Virus record (IMG/VR): IMGVR_UViG_3300042940_001591
DNA from: a virus
Taxonomy: Duplodnaviria > Caudoviricetes
Reading direction: 5' to 3' (one strand)
DNA length: 64,000 nucleotides
The translations under genes were made by a program, and so were the position numbers. Positions 19,554 through 28,346 of the stretch are shown here, piece by piece; the first letter of the stretch is position 1; every line of letters starts with the position of its first letter. Under the pieces are notes generated by a model, which saw only the letters and a program-made list of their open reading frames with translations, ran no database searches and had not been told where the DNA came from.

Positions 19554-20009
19554 TTACTTTTTCAAGTTTTGTTCAAACAATTTGTAAATTTCTGATAACA
19601 TGTCCAGTTCAGACCTGGTTTTTTTGTGTTTGAAGTCGAATAAGGTTTCAAAATATTCTTTAATTCTTACTGGTTTCTCATCTAACTTATTGAAATAGAA
19701 CGCTTCCAAAAAGAAGTTCCAAAAATATTCGTAGTAATTACCCCTTTCTTTAAATAATATTTTTTCTTTACTGAAGTTATCCACAATTTTATCCCAACAC
19801 CAAGTGAAGTGACTCCTTTGTGATTCCTCAAGATAGACAACATCTGAACCTAAATAGGTTTCATCAACCAAAGAATATAATGAAGTTAGGAAATCGTAAA
19901 ATAGTTCGGTTTTTTCTCGACTTATATTATAAGCCTTGTACCAAACATCTATTTGATTCTTGTAATTTTCTGATGTAATAAACTCTAAATAACCTTCTCT
20001 ATTTTCCAT
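19554..20009 (-). CDS. hypothetical protein
   Basis: 151 aa aromatic-rich ORF with TATATTTG at 20023-20030. Confidence 0.75.
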   Translation of the reverse strand: MENREGYLEFITSENYKNQIDVWYKAYNISREKTELFYDFLTSLYSLVDETYLGSDVVYLEESQRSHFTWCWDKIVDNFSKEKILFKERGNYYEYFWNFFLEAFYFNKLDEKPVRIKEYFETLFDFKHKKTRSELDMLSEIYKLFEQNLKK

Positions 20010-20056
20010 GTTCCTATTATGTCAAATATAAGGATAAAAGAAAATAAAAAGAAGAA

Positions 20057-21334
20057 TTATTGAGTTTTTTTGTTGTAGTTAACCATATCTTTCATTTTCT
20101 TAATTTCTTCTTCAAGAATGTTAGAAAATTTTCCTTTAGACTCATTAACTGGAACTTCCTCTTTTGCGTAGAGAACTCTTTTCTTTTTATCTTCCGCCCT
20201 ATTCTTAACTTGTTTTTCTATTTTCTTAGCGGTTTCTGGTGTAGGAATACTGTTACCGTCTTTATCTTTTGGTTCTTCACCTAATTTTGCACCATTACTT
20301 GGTACTACATTTGTTTTCTCTGTTGTAGGTGCATTACCCATTAATTTATCACCATCAATTGCCATCTTCAATCTTTTCTTAAATTGTTCAGATGGTTCAA
20401 TATCATAATCTAAATTTTCCAAACCGGCAAAATTCTTTTTAATTTCGTCTTCTTGTTCTGGAGTGTTTTTTCTTGCTACCTTATCTCCTTTACCAATTGC
20501 TTTAGGAAATTCAGGATTATCATTACCATCGAATGATAAATAATCTTTCATTTTTTTATCAACGTCAGCTAAATGTGCGTTGTTTTCTTTACCACTTTCT
20601 TTATGTGAATTTTTAGCAGCCTCTAATCCGGGGATAGATTCGTTAACCATTTTAGTTATAAGACTAACTAATTCAGATTCCTTCAAACGTAATTTTTTCT
20701 TTTTAGATTCATACATTCCACCACCACATTCATCACAACTTCCTTCCTCATTTAACATACCACCACATTGCTCACATGCTTCTGTCTTCTCAGTAATAGA
20801 TTTCATTAACATTTGAGTGAATTTTTTACCTTCTTTTGGTTCCTCTTCTTTCATGTCATTATCACCACATTGCTCACAGTACTCATCTTCACGAATTTCC
20901 TCTTCTTCCATTTGTTGCCAAGATTCCTTAACATCATATTCTTTACCACCAACAGTAAATTTTTCATCACCGTTTTCCTTAGCTTTTAATAACGCACCTG
21001 AGAATAAATTACCCTCTTTTGGTTCTTGATTTTCCATATTTGTATTTTCTTTTTCTTCTAATTGTTGACCCATTTCATCTAATTTATCAATCATATCTGA
21101 ATGAGATTCATAAATCCCTTTTTCAACTATAAATTGTTTACCTGGATGGTCTTTTTTATATATATCTAAATGACTCTCCGCCTCTTCTTTAGAGTCATGA
21201 GTACTAACAGGTTCACCTTCACATGTTACATGATATACTTCTTTTTTACCCTCTTCAGATTCTGAAATAATGATTCTTCTGACTTCATCAGATATCACAT
21301 TTTCAATGATTGTGTTAAGTTCTGTTATTTTCAT
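20057..21334 (-). CDS. putative head-internal/scaffold-like protein
   Basis: 425 aa, highly charged; many (L/I/V)xE sites, three CxxC motifs; TATTTAT at 21340-21346. Confidence 0.55.
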   Translation of the reverse strand: MKITELNTIIENVISDEVRRIIISESEEGKKEVYHVTCEGEPVSTHDSKEEAESHLDIYKKDHPGKQFIVEKGIYESHSDMIDKLDEMGQQLEEKENTNMENQEPKEGNLFSGALLKAKENGDEKFTVGGKEYDVKESWQQMEEEEIREDEYCEQCGDNDMKEEEPKEGKKFTQMLMKSITEKTEACEQCGGMLNEEGSCDECGGGMYESKKKKLRLKESELVSLITKMVNESIPGLEAAKNSHKESGKENNAHLADVDKKMKDYLSFDGNDNPEFPKAIGKGDKVARKNTPEQEDEIKKNFAGLENLDYDIEPSEQFKKRLKMAIDGDKLMGNAPTTEKTNVVPSNGAKLGEEPKDKDGNSIPTPETAKKIEKQVKNRAEDKKKRVLYAKEEVPVNESKGKFSNILEEEIKKMKDMVNYNKKTQ

Positions 21335-21335
21335 A

Positions 21336-22574
21336 CTAAATAAATATCTTATTTATCTCATTTAATACGATTTTTTCCATTTCTTTATATGGAATACCGT
21401 ATTTTTTTGATGTTTCGGTTATTGCTTGTACTATTTCTTTATCTTCTTTAATGAATTCTAAGGCTCCAATGTCTCCTTGATTGCAATAAGGGAACTTTTT
21501 ACACTTCTCCTTAATCTTAACAAAAACACCACCGGGACCTCCCCATTTTGGAAATTTCTTATCTGTTACCGCTCTACCTTTATAGATACTATCAGGACCA
21601 TCTATCTTTAGTGGATTTCTACGTCCTTTGGGTGTTTTACCAAACAAAGGTACATCGTAACCTCCTGAAGATGATGCATCGGTTGCTTCACCCACTTCCT
21701 CTTGTTGTTCTTTAAGGTTTGAGTTATGGAATTTATGAATGTCTTTTTTTAATACTACGTCACTAAAAACCGGTCCTTCAAACGATCCTGAACCACCCGC
21801 TCCCATGGACTCTTTAGTTTCCGTTTTTTTACTGCATCCACACATGTTTAAAAACTCATTATAGTCAAATTTGATGTTCTCTTCTTTGAATTTTTTAATC
21901 ATGTCATTTGCAACTGACAATCTATTATCCTTATTCTTAATTTTTTTAATAATATCAACAATACCATAAACCATGTCTTGTTGATTACTATCTAAATTTT
22001 TATCTATTTCTTTATTTCCCGTAACCTCTTCAGATTCATTTGTTTTTGTCTTTTTTACACAATTTGGATATCTCTTACCAAACATAGTCTTCATACCTTT
22101 TTGGGTATATCCTTTCCAACATTTCTCATTGATTTCCCTTTTTGCTTCTTCTATTTCGTTTACATCCTCTCCAATTTCACCTATGAAAACCTTAGGATTA
22201 ACTCCCATTGCTGCCGCGGTACATAATCTTGTGTTTCCAGCAATAAGAATGTATCTGTCACCCATTTTTAAAATTAGAGGTCTTTCGTACTCACCTGATT
22301 TGATTGCCTTTATTAATTTCTTTGGGTTTGTCTTATTGTACATTTTTGCAATATCGTTAACCGCCTCAATGTCACCCTTTTCTATTTCGTTTGATTCTGT
22401 GTTCTCTAATTTAGGCCAAACATCATCTGTAAGTGTTTGTTCCTTCAATCCATCAAAAGAGCGTACAAGTTCCTTAACGGAGATGTCAATTTTTTCATCT
22501 CGTCTTAAATCTTGCGATATTCTTTGGAACTCGTCCATTTCACCCTCAATATCAGGTTTAATTACTTTTTCCAT
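21336..22574 (-). CDS. modular protein with ParB/Srx-like domain and CWKGY peptide
   Basis: RPLILKMGDRYILIAGNTRL (ParB-N-like); KCWKGY...RYPNCV; CKKFPYCNQG near the C-terminus. Confidence 0.6.
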   Translation of the reverse strand: MEKVIKPDIEGEMDEFQRISQDLRRDEKIDISVKELVRSFDGLKEQTLTDDVWPKLENTESNEIEKGDIEAVNDIAKMYNKTNPKKLIKAIKSGEYERPLILKMGDRYILIAGNTRLCTAAAMGVNPKVFIGEIGEDVNEIEEAKREINEKCWKGYTQKGMKTMFGKRYPNCVKKTKTNESEEVTGNKEIDKNLDSNQQDMVYGIVDIIKKIKNKDNRLSVANDMIKKFKEENIKFDYNEFLNMCGCSKKTETKESMGAGGSGSFEGPVFSDVVLKKDIHKFHNSNLKEQQEEVGEATDASSSGGYDVPLFGKTPKGRRNPLKIDGPDSIYKGRAVTDKKFPKWGGPGGVFVKIKEKCKKFPYCNQGDIGALEFIKEDKEIVQAITETSKKYGIPYKEMEKIVLNEINKIFI

Positions 22575-22813
22575 TATCTAACGTTCTTTAATGCAGTTTC
22601 CCAAAATGACTTTCTTTGCCATAATGTTTTAAATAACTCAACAACAACTTTAGTGGATAAATCCACTATTTTATCATCTACCTTTTTAGATCCCAATTCA
22701 TCTTGAATCATTTTAACAACAATTCTATGTGCTTGGGTCGAATCCATGAAATCTTTAATCTCTTTCCTTGTGATTCTCTCTATTTCCTTCTTATCGTCGT
22801 TACTAAATGACAT
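22574..22813 (-). CDS. hypothetical protein
   Basis: 79 aa, TAATG-coupled to the next gene. Confidence 0.7.
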   Translation of the reverse strand: MSFSNDDKKEIERITRKEIKDFMDSTQAHRIVVKMIQDELGSKKVDDKIVDLSTKVVVELFKTLWQRKSFWETALKNVR

Positions 22814-22815
22814 TA

Positions 22816-23367
22816 TTAGTTATTGTTTCTTTGACTTATTAATGGTTCCATTGCCGTTTTAAATGTCGGTTCAAATTTTACCAATTTATCTATTACAATC
22901 ATAACTTCTGAATCCAACTTCAACATGTCAGCATTTATATATAAACCACTTTCATCTCCCGAAATAAACACAAAACTAACATCGTCGTCTGTAAGTGTAC
23001 CATCTAATCTAATTTGACTAGGTGAGATTGTAAAACCCGGTTCAAATTCCACGATTTGTGAAACTTGTTGTTTGAAATTATCAATAATTCCTGAGATGGA
23101 TTTCTTTTGGTCATCCATTAATTTCATATCCAAATTGTCTCCTGACATTATTTTTACCTCAACGTCATTAATGACCATTAAATCATTTTTCATTGATTGA
23201 GTTGACGGTTGTTCTTCTCCCTTTGGGAATGTGGACGTATCGTTACTAATTCTTTGTTCTTGTGATTGTTCTCTAAGGGTACCTGTTTGTTTAGATTCAT
23301 TAAGTTTTCTTAATGTATTTAACATATTTTTGGTACTATCGTATTCTGTCATTAGTTTCTTTTGCAT
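22816..23367 (-). CDS. hypothetical protein (possibly head-associated)
   Basis: 183 aa; MTE/LNE/LRE motifs near the N-terminus. Confidence 0.7.
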   Translation of the reverse strand: MQKKLMTEYDSTKNMLNTLRKLNESKQTGTLREQSQEQRISNDTSTFPKGEEQPSTQSMKNDLMVINDVEVKIMSGDNLDMKLMDDQKKSISGIIDNFKQQVSQIVEFEPGFTISPSQIRLDGTLTDDDVSFVFISGDESGLYINADMLKLDSEVMIVIDKLVKFEPTFKTAMEPLISQRNNN

Positions 23368-23962
23368 TGTTGAAAAATATTCTAAAATTAAATGAAGGGT
23401 TTATATCTGTATAAATACTCGAAAAGTTGGATTTACATACAATACCCTTGAAATTCGATACATTTTCAAGATATCCGTTAGATGGGACGGTTTGTTTGAA
23501 AATATCATGTCTTTCACATAACATTTCACAAAGTTCTGAAAGTACTGATAATTGATTTTCGTTGTATTTGTCCCAAAAAAAGTAATTTCTCCAATTTCTA
23601 ATGTGTGGTTCGGACCTGTATGGGTCTCCAATCCAATTATTAAGGATACCAGTGATGGTGTTTTTATTTAACCAACCCAAGTTCTCAATTGCAATTTTTA
23701 TCATCTTCTTATCGTTCCTATTGTCATTAAATGTATTGGAACTATAATCGGTATCAAATAATTGATAAACCGTACCTAACTTGGTTATAATGAAGTGTGG
23801 GATGTCTTCGAACTTACCGTTCTTTCTATGTTTTATTTTATTGATAAAATCATCGACCCTCCTTTGGGTGTCGTATAGTAATATCTGTGTCTTCTTAGAT
23901 TTTTTTCTATGGATGTTTAATTTCGATTCATCAATCGTTTCTATATTATAAATCGTCAACAT
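23336..23962 (-). CDS. N-acetylmuramoyl-L-alanine amidase-like protein (Amidase_2/PGRP fold, degenerate)
   Basis: IPHFIITKLGTVYQL, IAIENLG, YNENQLSVLSELCEMLC, TDINP. The expected Zn-binding His residues appear to be replaced. Confidence 0.6.
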   Translation of the reverse strand: MLTIYNIETIDESKLNIHRKKSKKTQILLYDTQRRVDDFINKIKHRKNGKFEDIPHFIITKLGTVYQLFDTDYSSNTFNDNRNDKKMIKIAIENLGWLNKNTITGILNNWIGDPYRSEPHIRNWRNYFFWDKYNENQLSVLSELCEMLCERHDIFKQTVPSNGYLENVSNFKGIVCKSNFSSIYTDINPSFNFRIFFNNAKETNDRIR

Positions 23963-23971
23963 TTAAATTAA

Positions 23972-24172
23972 TTAATCATTAGTTATTTCATCCTCGGATT
24001 GTGGTATTATTACCACATCTTTATCCAAATCGTAAATCACTTGATTTGGGTTAGTGTCATCTTTTTCCCAATAAAGGGGTTCATTTGAATCTTTAGGAGA
24101 TTCTAGTAACTTTGAGTCCTGAGGTTCCTCTTCTTCTACTACTTCTATTGATTTCGAATTTTCGGGTATCAA
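23972..24172 (-). CDS. acidic ORF, probably the -1 frame continuation of the upstream gene
   Basis: Starts at TTG directly after an A11 run; acidic like the upstream tail. Confidence 0.45.
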   Translation of the reverse strand: MIPENSKSIEVVEEEEPQDSKLLESPKDSNEPLYWEKDDTNPNQVIYDLDKDVVIIPQSEDEITND

Positions 24173-25629
24173 TATTTTTTTTTTTCATCACTCTCTGTCG
24201 GTGATGTCTCTTCAATTTTACTATCAATTTCCTTATTGACTTCTTCCAATGTTTCGTTTAGTTGTTTAATATCTAAACCAAAGGTTTGTTCATCTTCGAG
24301 TGTTACGGGTAGTTCGGGAACAAATTCATTTAGTTCCTCCTCCATTGATTGTTGATTAAATTCCAAAATTGCTTCTGTCAAATAAGTGTCATCTTGGAAA
24401 ATATTCTCATGATTTGGTTCTATAGTGGAAAAATTTTCATTTATTTCTTCTTCTGTTGGTTCTTCTTGTAAAATTTTCTCAATTTCTTCTTCGGTAAAAA
24501 ATGGTGGTTCATCCTCTAAACCATCCATTAAAGTTTCATCCCAATCTGAAATTTCTTCATCATATTCATCTTCTTGTAATTTTAAATCCTCATCCATTTT
24601 TGTAAGTATTTCAGATTCTTTAATCATTGGATTATCAAATGGTTCGTTATATAAACCCAATTCTTCGTCATTCTTCATTATCTCCGCCAATAACTCTCCA
24701 CGTCTCTTGTATTCTTCCGCCGCCCTTTTTAGTTCGTCGTTTGGTTCCGTTTGTTTTAATAACGCCTCTTCTAATATTTTTAAATCATTTTCTGATAGAT
24801 GTACTCTTGTCGTTTCGTCAATAAAATCTTTTAATTCTTCAGGTTTAGATATAATTTCTTCATCCTCTTCTTTTCTTTTATTCATCATTAACTGATTAAA
24901 TGCTATGACTAACGCAATTGCTAATGGGTCAAATACAATAACAATTAAGATTATAAAAAATTTAACCACTGAGTTTAATTCAACACCGAACGATTCCGCC
25001 ACAAATCTAAATCCACCAACTTCTCTTTCAATACTAATGTTATTATTTTTAATCGAGTTTATTGAATCTAATGCGACATTATTTTGTCTTGTTAGTTCGT
25101 CAATTCGGTTAGAAATTGAACTGATTTCTTTATCTGCGGTACGAATCATTTGTGTAACTCTAGCGGTTGATTTATCCTTATCGATTTGTTTGGATAAATT
25201 TGATTCTTGTGAATTACGAATATTTTGTTGATTGGTTAGTTGTGTGGTGTAACGTGCTATTTCACCATCATTTTTTGTAATTTGATTTTGATAAACCGAT
25301 ATTTCTCTTTCTACTTGGTCAAGTTTTAGGTTTTGTTGTTGGAATGCGTTTGAAAGGTAACCAAAAATACCCGCTGAGGTTATTAACATTAAAACCACTA
25401 CCGCAAATGATAAATACCATTTATTAAATCCCTTTATTTCATCCCATTTTTGTTTTAAATAAGTTGCGGTAACAAGTTTTGCAAATTCAAGTGAACCTGC
25501 CATAACCATAACTGCAATGGCTGCTCCACTAAATAAAACTCCTAATCCCGTTACTGAAAAATATGCAGCAGTACCGGCAATTAATATTGCCGATATACCT
25601 ACTAAGTATTTTAACCAATTGTTATTCAT
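24169..25629 (-). CDS. membrane protein with coiled coil and acidic C-terminal tail
   Basis: Three N-terminal TM segments, a coiled coil, a further TM (IVIVFDPLAIALVIA), then an E/D-rich tail. Confidence 0.8.
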   Translation of the reverse strand: MNNNWLKYLVGISAILIAGTAAYFSVTGLGVLFSGAAIAVMVMAGSLEFAKLVTATYLKQKWDEIKGFNKWYLSFAVVVLMLITSAGIFGYLSNAFQQQNLKLDQVEREISVYQNQITKNDGEIARYTTQLTNQQNIRNSQESNLSKQIDKDKSTARVTQMIRTADKEISSISNRIDELTRQNNVALDSINSIKNNNISIEREVGGFRFVAESFGVELNSVVKFFIILIVIVFDPLAIALVIAFNQLMMNKRKEEDEEIISKPEELKDFIDETTRVHLSENDLKILEEALLKQTEPNDELKRAAEEYKRRGELLAEIMKNDEELGLYNEPFDNPMIKESEILTKMDEDLKLQEDEYDEEISDWDETLMDGLEDEPPFFTEEEIEKILQEEPTEEEINENFSTIEPNHENIFQDDTYLTEAILEFNQQSMEEELNEFVPELPVTLEDEQTFGLDIKQLNETLEEVNKEIDSKIEETSPTESDEKKKY

Positions 25630-25634
25630 GTATA

Positions 25635-26450
25635 TTATAAATAGTTTAGGAGACCAAAACTCTCATTTCTTAACTTCTTAATGGCCTTATCACGTAATTG
25701 TCTTATACGTTCTTTAGTACAACCAAACTCTTCACCTAAATCATCTAAATTACATTCAATACCTGTCAAACCATAATATTTTTCAATAATTATCTTTTCT
25801 CTCTCATCTAAAACATTTAACATTAATGCCACTTTTTTCTTTATTTCTTCAGGGGAATTAAGAATTGCATCAGGACTTTCAGCCTCTTTATTTGGAATCA
25901 TATCAATTAATTGGTCTCCCTCTTCATTAATCGTTTTATAAAGTCCAACACAATATGGTAGATTAGTTGAAATTGGTTTTTCTTCAACATCACCTCCAAT
26001 GAAAAAATTATCTTCATCACTTACTTCATGTTTCTTTGCCTTTTGTGCCTCCTGAATTAAGTTTGATGGTAAACGAATTGTTCTAGCATTTTCATTTAAT
26101 GATGCCATAATGGATTGTCTAACCCACCACACAGCATATGATATAAATTTTAATCCACTTGTTGGGTCAAATCTTTCAGCTGCCTTCATTAAACCAATAT
26201 TACCTTCAGATATTAAATCCATAATATCCATTCCTTGGTTTTGATACATTTTTGCAACAGATATAACAAATCTTAAATTACCAACAATTAATTCCTCGTG
26301 TAATTTTGACTTTATCTCTTTGCTAATTTTTTTATCCTTTAACAAATCAAAAATTTCTTCTTGTCTTTCGTGAGAAATTACAGAAATTTTGCGAATGTCT
26401 TTGATGTACTGTTGGATTTCCTCAGTATTAGTGATAATAGATTTCTTCAT
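25635..26450 (-). CDS. RNA polymerase sigma-70 factor (Bacteroidota primary-sigma-like, no region 1.1)
   Basis: Region 2 NLRFVISVAK...DLISEGNIGLMKAAERFD...KFISYAVWWVRQ; region 4 LDEREK...TKERIRQLRDKAIKKLR. Confidence 0.93.
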   Translation of the reverse strand: MKKSIITNTEEIQQYIKDIRKISVISHERQEEIFDLLKDKKISKEIKSKLHEELIVGNLRFVISVAKMYQNQGMDIMDLISEGNIGLMKAAERFDPTSGLKFISYAVWWVRQSIMASLNENARTIRLPSNLIQEAQKAKKHEVSDEDNFFIGGDVEEKPISTNLPYCVGLYKTINEEGDQLIDMIPNKEAESPDAILNSPEEIKKKVALMLNVLDEREKIIIEKYYGLTGIECNLDDLGEEFGCTKERIRQLRDKAIKKLRNESFGLLNYL

Positions 26451-26504
26451 AAAATGAATAATTTAATAGTGATGTGATAGTAGGATAAAGATAAGTAATT
26501 TTTT

Positions 26505-26948
26505 TTACTTGGCAAAATTGTCAAGGAAGTTTTTTTCCTCGGGGGTAAGACTCTCAATCCCCATTTGTTCGATTTTATCTAATAATTCGTCTAAATCCAT
26601 ACTTGGACTTGAGTTCTTGTCATAATCTACCCTAATCATCGTAGATGTGTCGCTTGGTTTAAAGATAAAATCCTTTACTTGTTGTGGTATGTGAGCGGTA
26701 ACCAAACTATCCCTATCAAATATAAAATAAAATTTAACATTGTCATTTACTAACACTGTGTATAGATCTTGTGATATGGTCTTATAATCCTTATCAGAAT
26801 CAAATATAACAATTACATTTTGGGAATTCTCTATAACAAATCTTATGGAATTAATTGTTGGTAACTCAGTTAATATCTCATTACAAAAATATTCAATATC
26901 TTCGTGGTCTTCAAACATACCAAAAATAAATAATATGAATGTTTTCAT
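26505..26948 (-). CDS. hypothetical protein with C-terminal DUF6576-like motif
   Basis: Ends LDELLDKIEQMGIESLTPEEKNFL, resembling the C-tail of Bacteroidota rhomboid-associated proteins. Confidence 0.6.
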   Translation of the reverse strand: MKTFILFIFGMFEDHEDIEYFCNEILTELPTINSIRFVIENSQNVIVIFDSDKDYKTISQDLYTVLVNDNVKFYFIFDRDSLVTAHIPQQVKDFIFKPSDTSTMIRVDYDKNSSPSMDLDELLDKIEQMGIESLTPEEKNFLDNFAK

Positions 26949-26955
26949 ATCAAAT

Positions 26956-27606
26956 TTAGTTTCTTTTAAACTTTAATTTCCAATAAACTCCTCCACCGAT
27001 AAATGGTGTTAAACTACCGGTAGTTCCTTGGTCATCTATTCTATTTGTAACACCAACTCCCAATCTATACATATGATTGTCATCTTTATTTTTAAATAAC
27101 ATACTCACACCTATAATATTAACAACATTAGGTTTATCGAATTTAGCATCAATACCTAAATAAGCCTCGGTTTTTCTTGGTATTTGTGTGTAGACGGTAT
27201 CTGTAACAATCATACGTTTAACATCTGCAATGAACTTTCTATTAACAATACTATTCTTAGATATGGTATCTATAAGTGTAACCGTTCCTTGATTATTTGG
27301 TAACGTTAATACTTCTTTGTGTTGTACTTTCGCAAAATGTACTTTTAATATTTCCATAGTGTCTATCGTCTGATAAACAGGAACCTCAACTCTTTTCTCT
27401 ACCTCATATGGTACGGGAACTTCAACCTCCACTCCAACCTCAATCAACGAATCAACCAAAACGGTATCGTGAACAGCATAAGGTATTGAATCCACCTTTA
27501 CTGTTGTTCTGTTCGGCATTATACCTTTTGGGTTAATAAATTCAATAATTGCTATTAATAATAGTAATAGAATTATTATGTTTGGTATGTTGAATATTTT
27601 TTTCAT
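26956..27606 (-). CDS. membrane-anchored/exported protein (lysis cluster candidate)
   Basis: N-terminal hydrophobic helix, EVPVP stretch, beta-rich C-terminus ending GGGVYWKLKF. Confidence 0.65.
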   Translation of the reverse strand: MKKIFNIPNIIILLLLLIAIIEFINPKGIMPNRTTVKVDSIPYAVHDTVLVDSLIEVGVEVEVPVPYEVEKRVEVPVYQTIDTMEILKVHFAKVQHKEVLTLPNNQGTVTLIDTISKNSIVNRKFIADVKRMIVTDTVYTQIPRKTEAYLGIDAKFDKPNVVNIIGVSMLFKNKDDNHMYRLGVGVTNRIDDQGTTGSLTPFIGGGVYWKLKFKRN

Positions 27607-28032
27607 TTATTTTAATAAAAGTATGGATGTTGCAATCACCCCGACAAACGAACCAATTTTATAAAAGAAAGTTTTAGTTCTTTGTCCTTTCAATTCTTTT
27701 AATAAACTTTCAGATTTTTGTCTTTCTAAACTAAATTGTTCATCTTTTTTAGTAATAATAAATTCAAGATTAGAAATCTTTTGATCTTTAAGTGTGTCTT
27801 TTTGTTTGAATAAATTGATTTGTTGGTCTTTTAAGCCAATAATGTTATTTAATTCAACAATCTCTAACTTTGCTCCGTCATAACGAAGTAAATCTTGGTA
27901 GACTAATCTAGCAACTTTTGTTGGTATAGTAACTTTAGTAGTGTCTAATACAATAACCTTAGTTGTATCTGTTTGTGAATAACTGCTCAAGCTCAACATT
28001 ACCAATAGTAGTAATAGCGTTAACTTTTTCAT
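27607..28032 (-). CDS. secreted coiled-coil protein (o-spanin-like position)
   Basis: Signal peptide MKKLTLLLLLVMLSLSSYS|Q; coiled coil; start is embedded in the upstream gene. Confidence 0.6.
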   Translation of the reverse strand: MKKLTLLLLLVMLSLSSYSQTDTTKVIVLDTTKVTIPTKVARLVYQDLLRYDGAKLEIVELNNIIGLKDQQINLFKQKDTLKDQKISNLEFIITKKDEQFSLERQKSESLLKELKGQRTKTFFYKIGSFVGVIATSILLLK

Positions 28033-28294
28033 CTGTGTTGTTTTTAATAATAGTTATGTTTTTTGTCACGTTCTCAATATCTTTATCGACATTAACAATG
28101 TGATTATCAACTTTTTCGATTTGATTGTCGATTTCTTCGTTTGCAGTATAAACCGAATCTATCTCTTTTTGTAAGGATTCGATTTTAGCATTATATCCCG
28201 CAACGTCGGTTTTTATACCTTGATTTTGAAATATGGTATAAGCAGCTAAACAAGCAATCAAAACTAATAGGATGTTTGTTTTATCAATCTTCAT
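27959..28294 (-). CDS. N-terminal TM + coiled-coil protein (i-spanin-like)
   Basis: ILLVLIACLAAYTIF followed by heptad repeats; TATTTATA at 28309-28316. Confidence 0.6.
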   Translation of the reverse strand: MKIDKTNILLVLIACLAAYTIFQNQGIKTDVAGYNAKIESLQKEIDSVYTANEEIDNQIEKVDNHIVNVDKDIENVTKNITIIKNNTDEKVNAITTIGNVELEQLFTNRYN

Positions 28295-28321
28295 ATTATA
28301 TGTTTTATTATAAATATGAAG

Positions 28322-28343
28322 AAAGGGGACTTTCGTCCCCTTT
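28322..28343 (-). terminator. rho-independent terminator after clpP
   Basis: AAAGGGGAC-(GAAA on minus)-GTCCCCTTT inverted repeat. Confidence 0.8.
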
Positions 28344-28346
28344 TCC

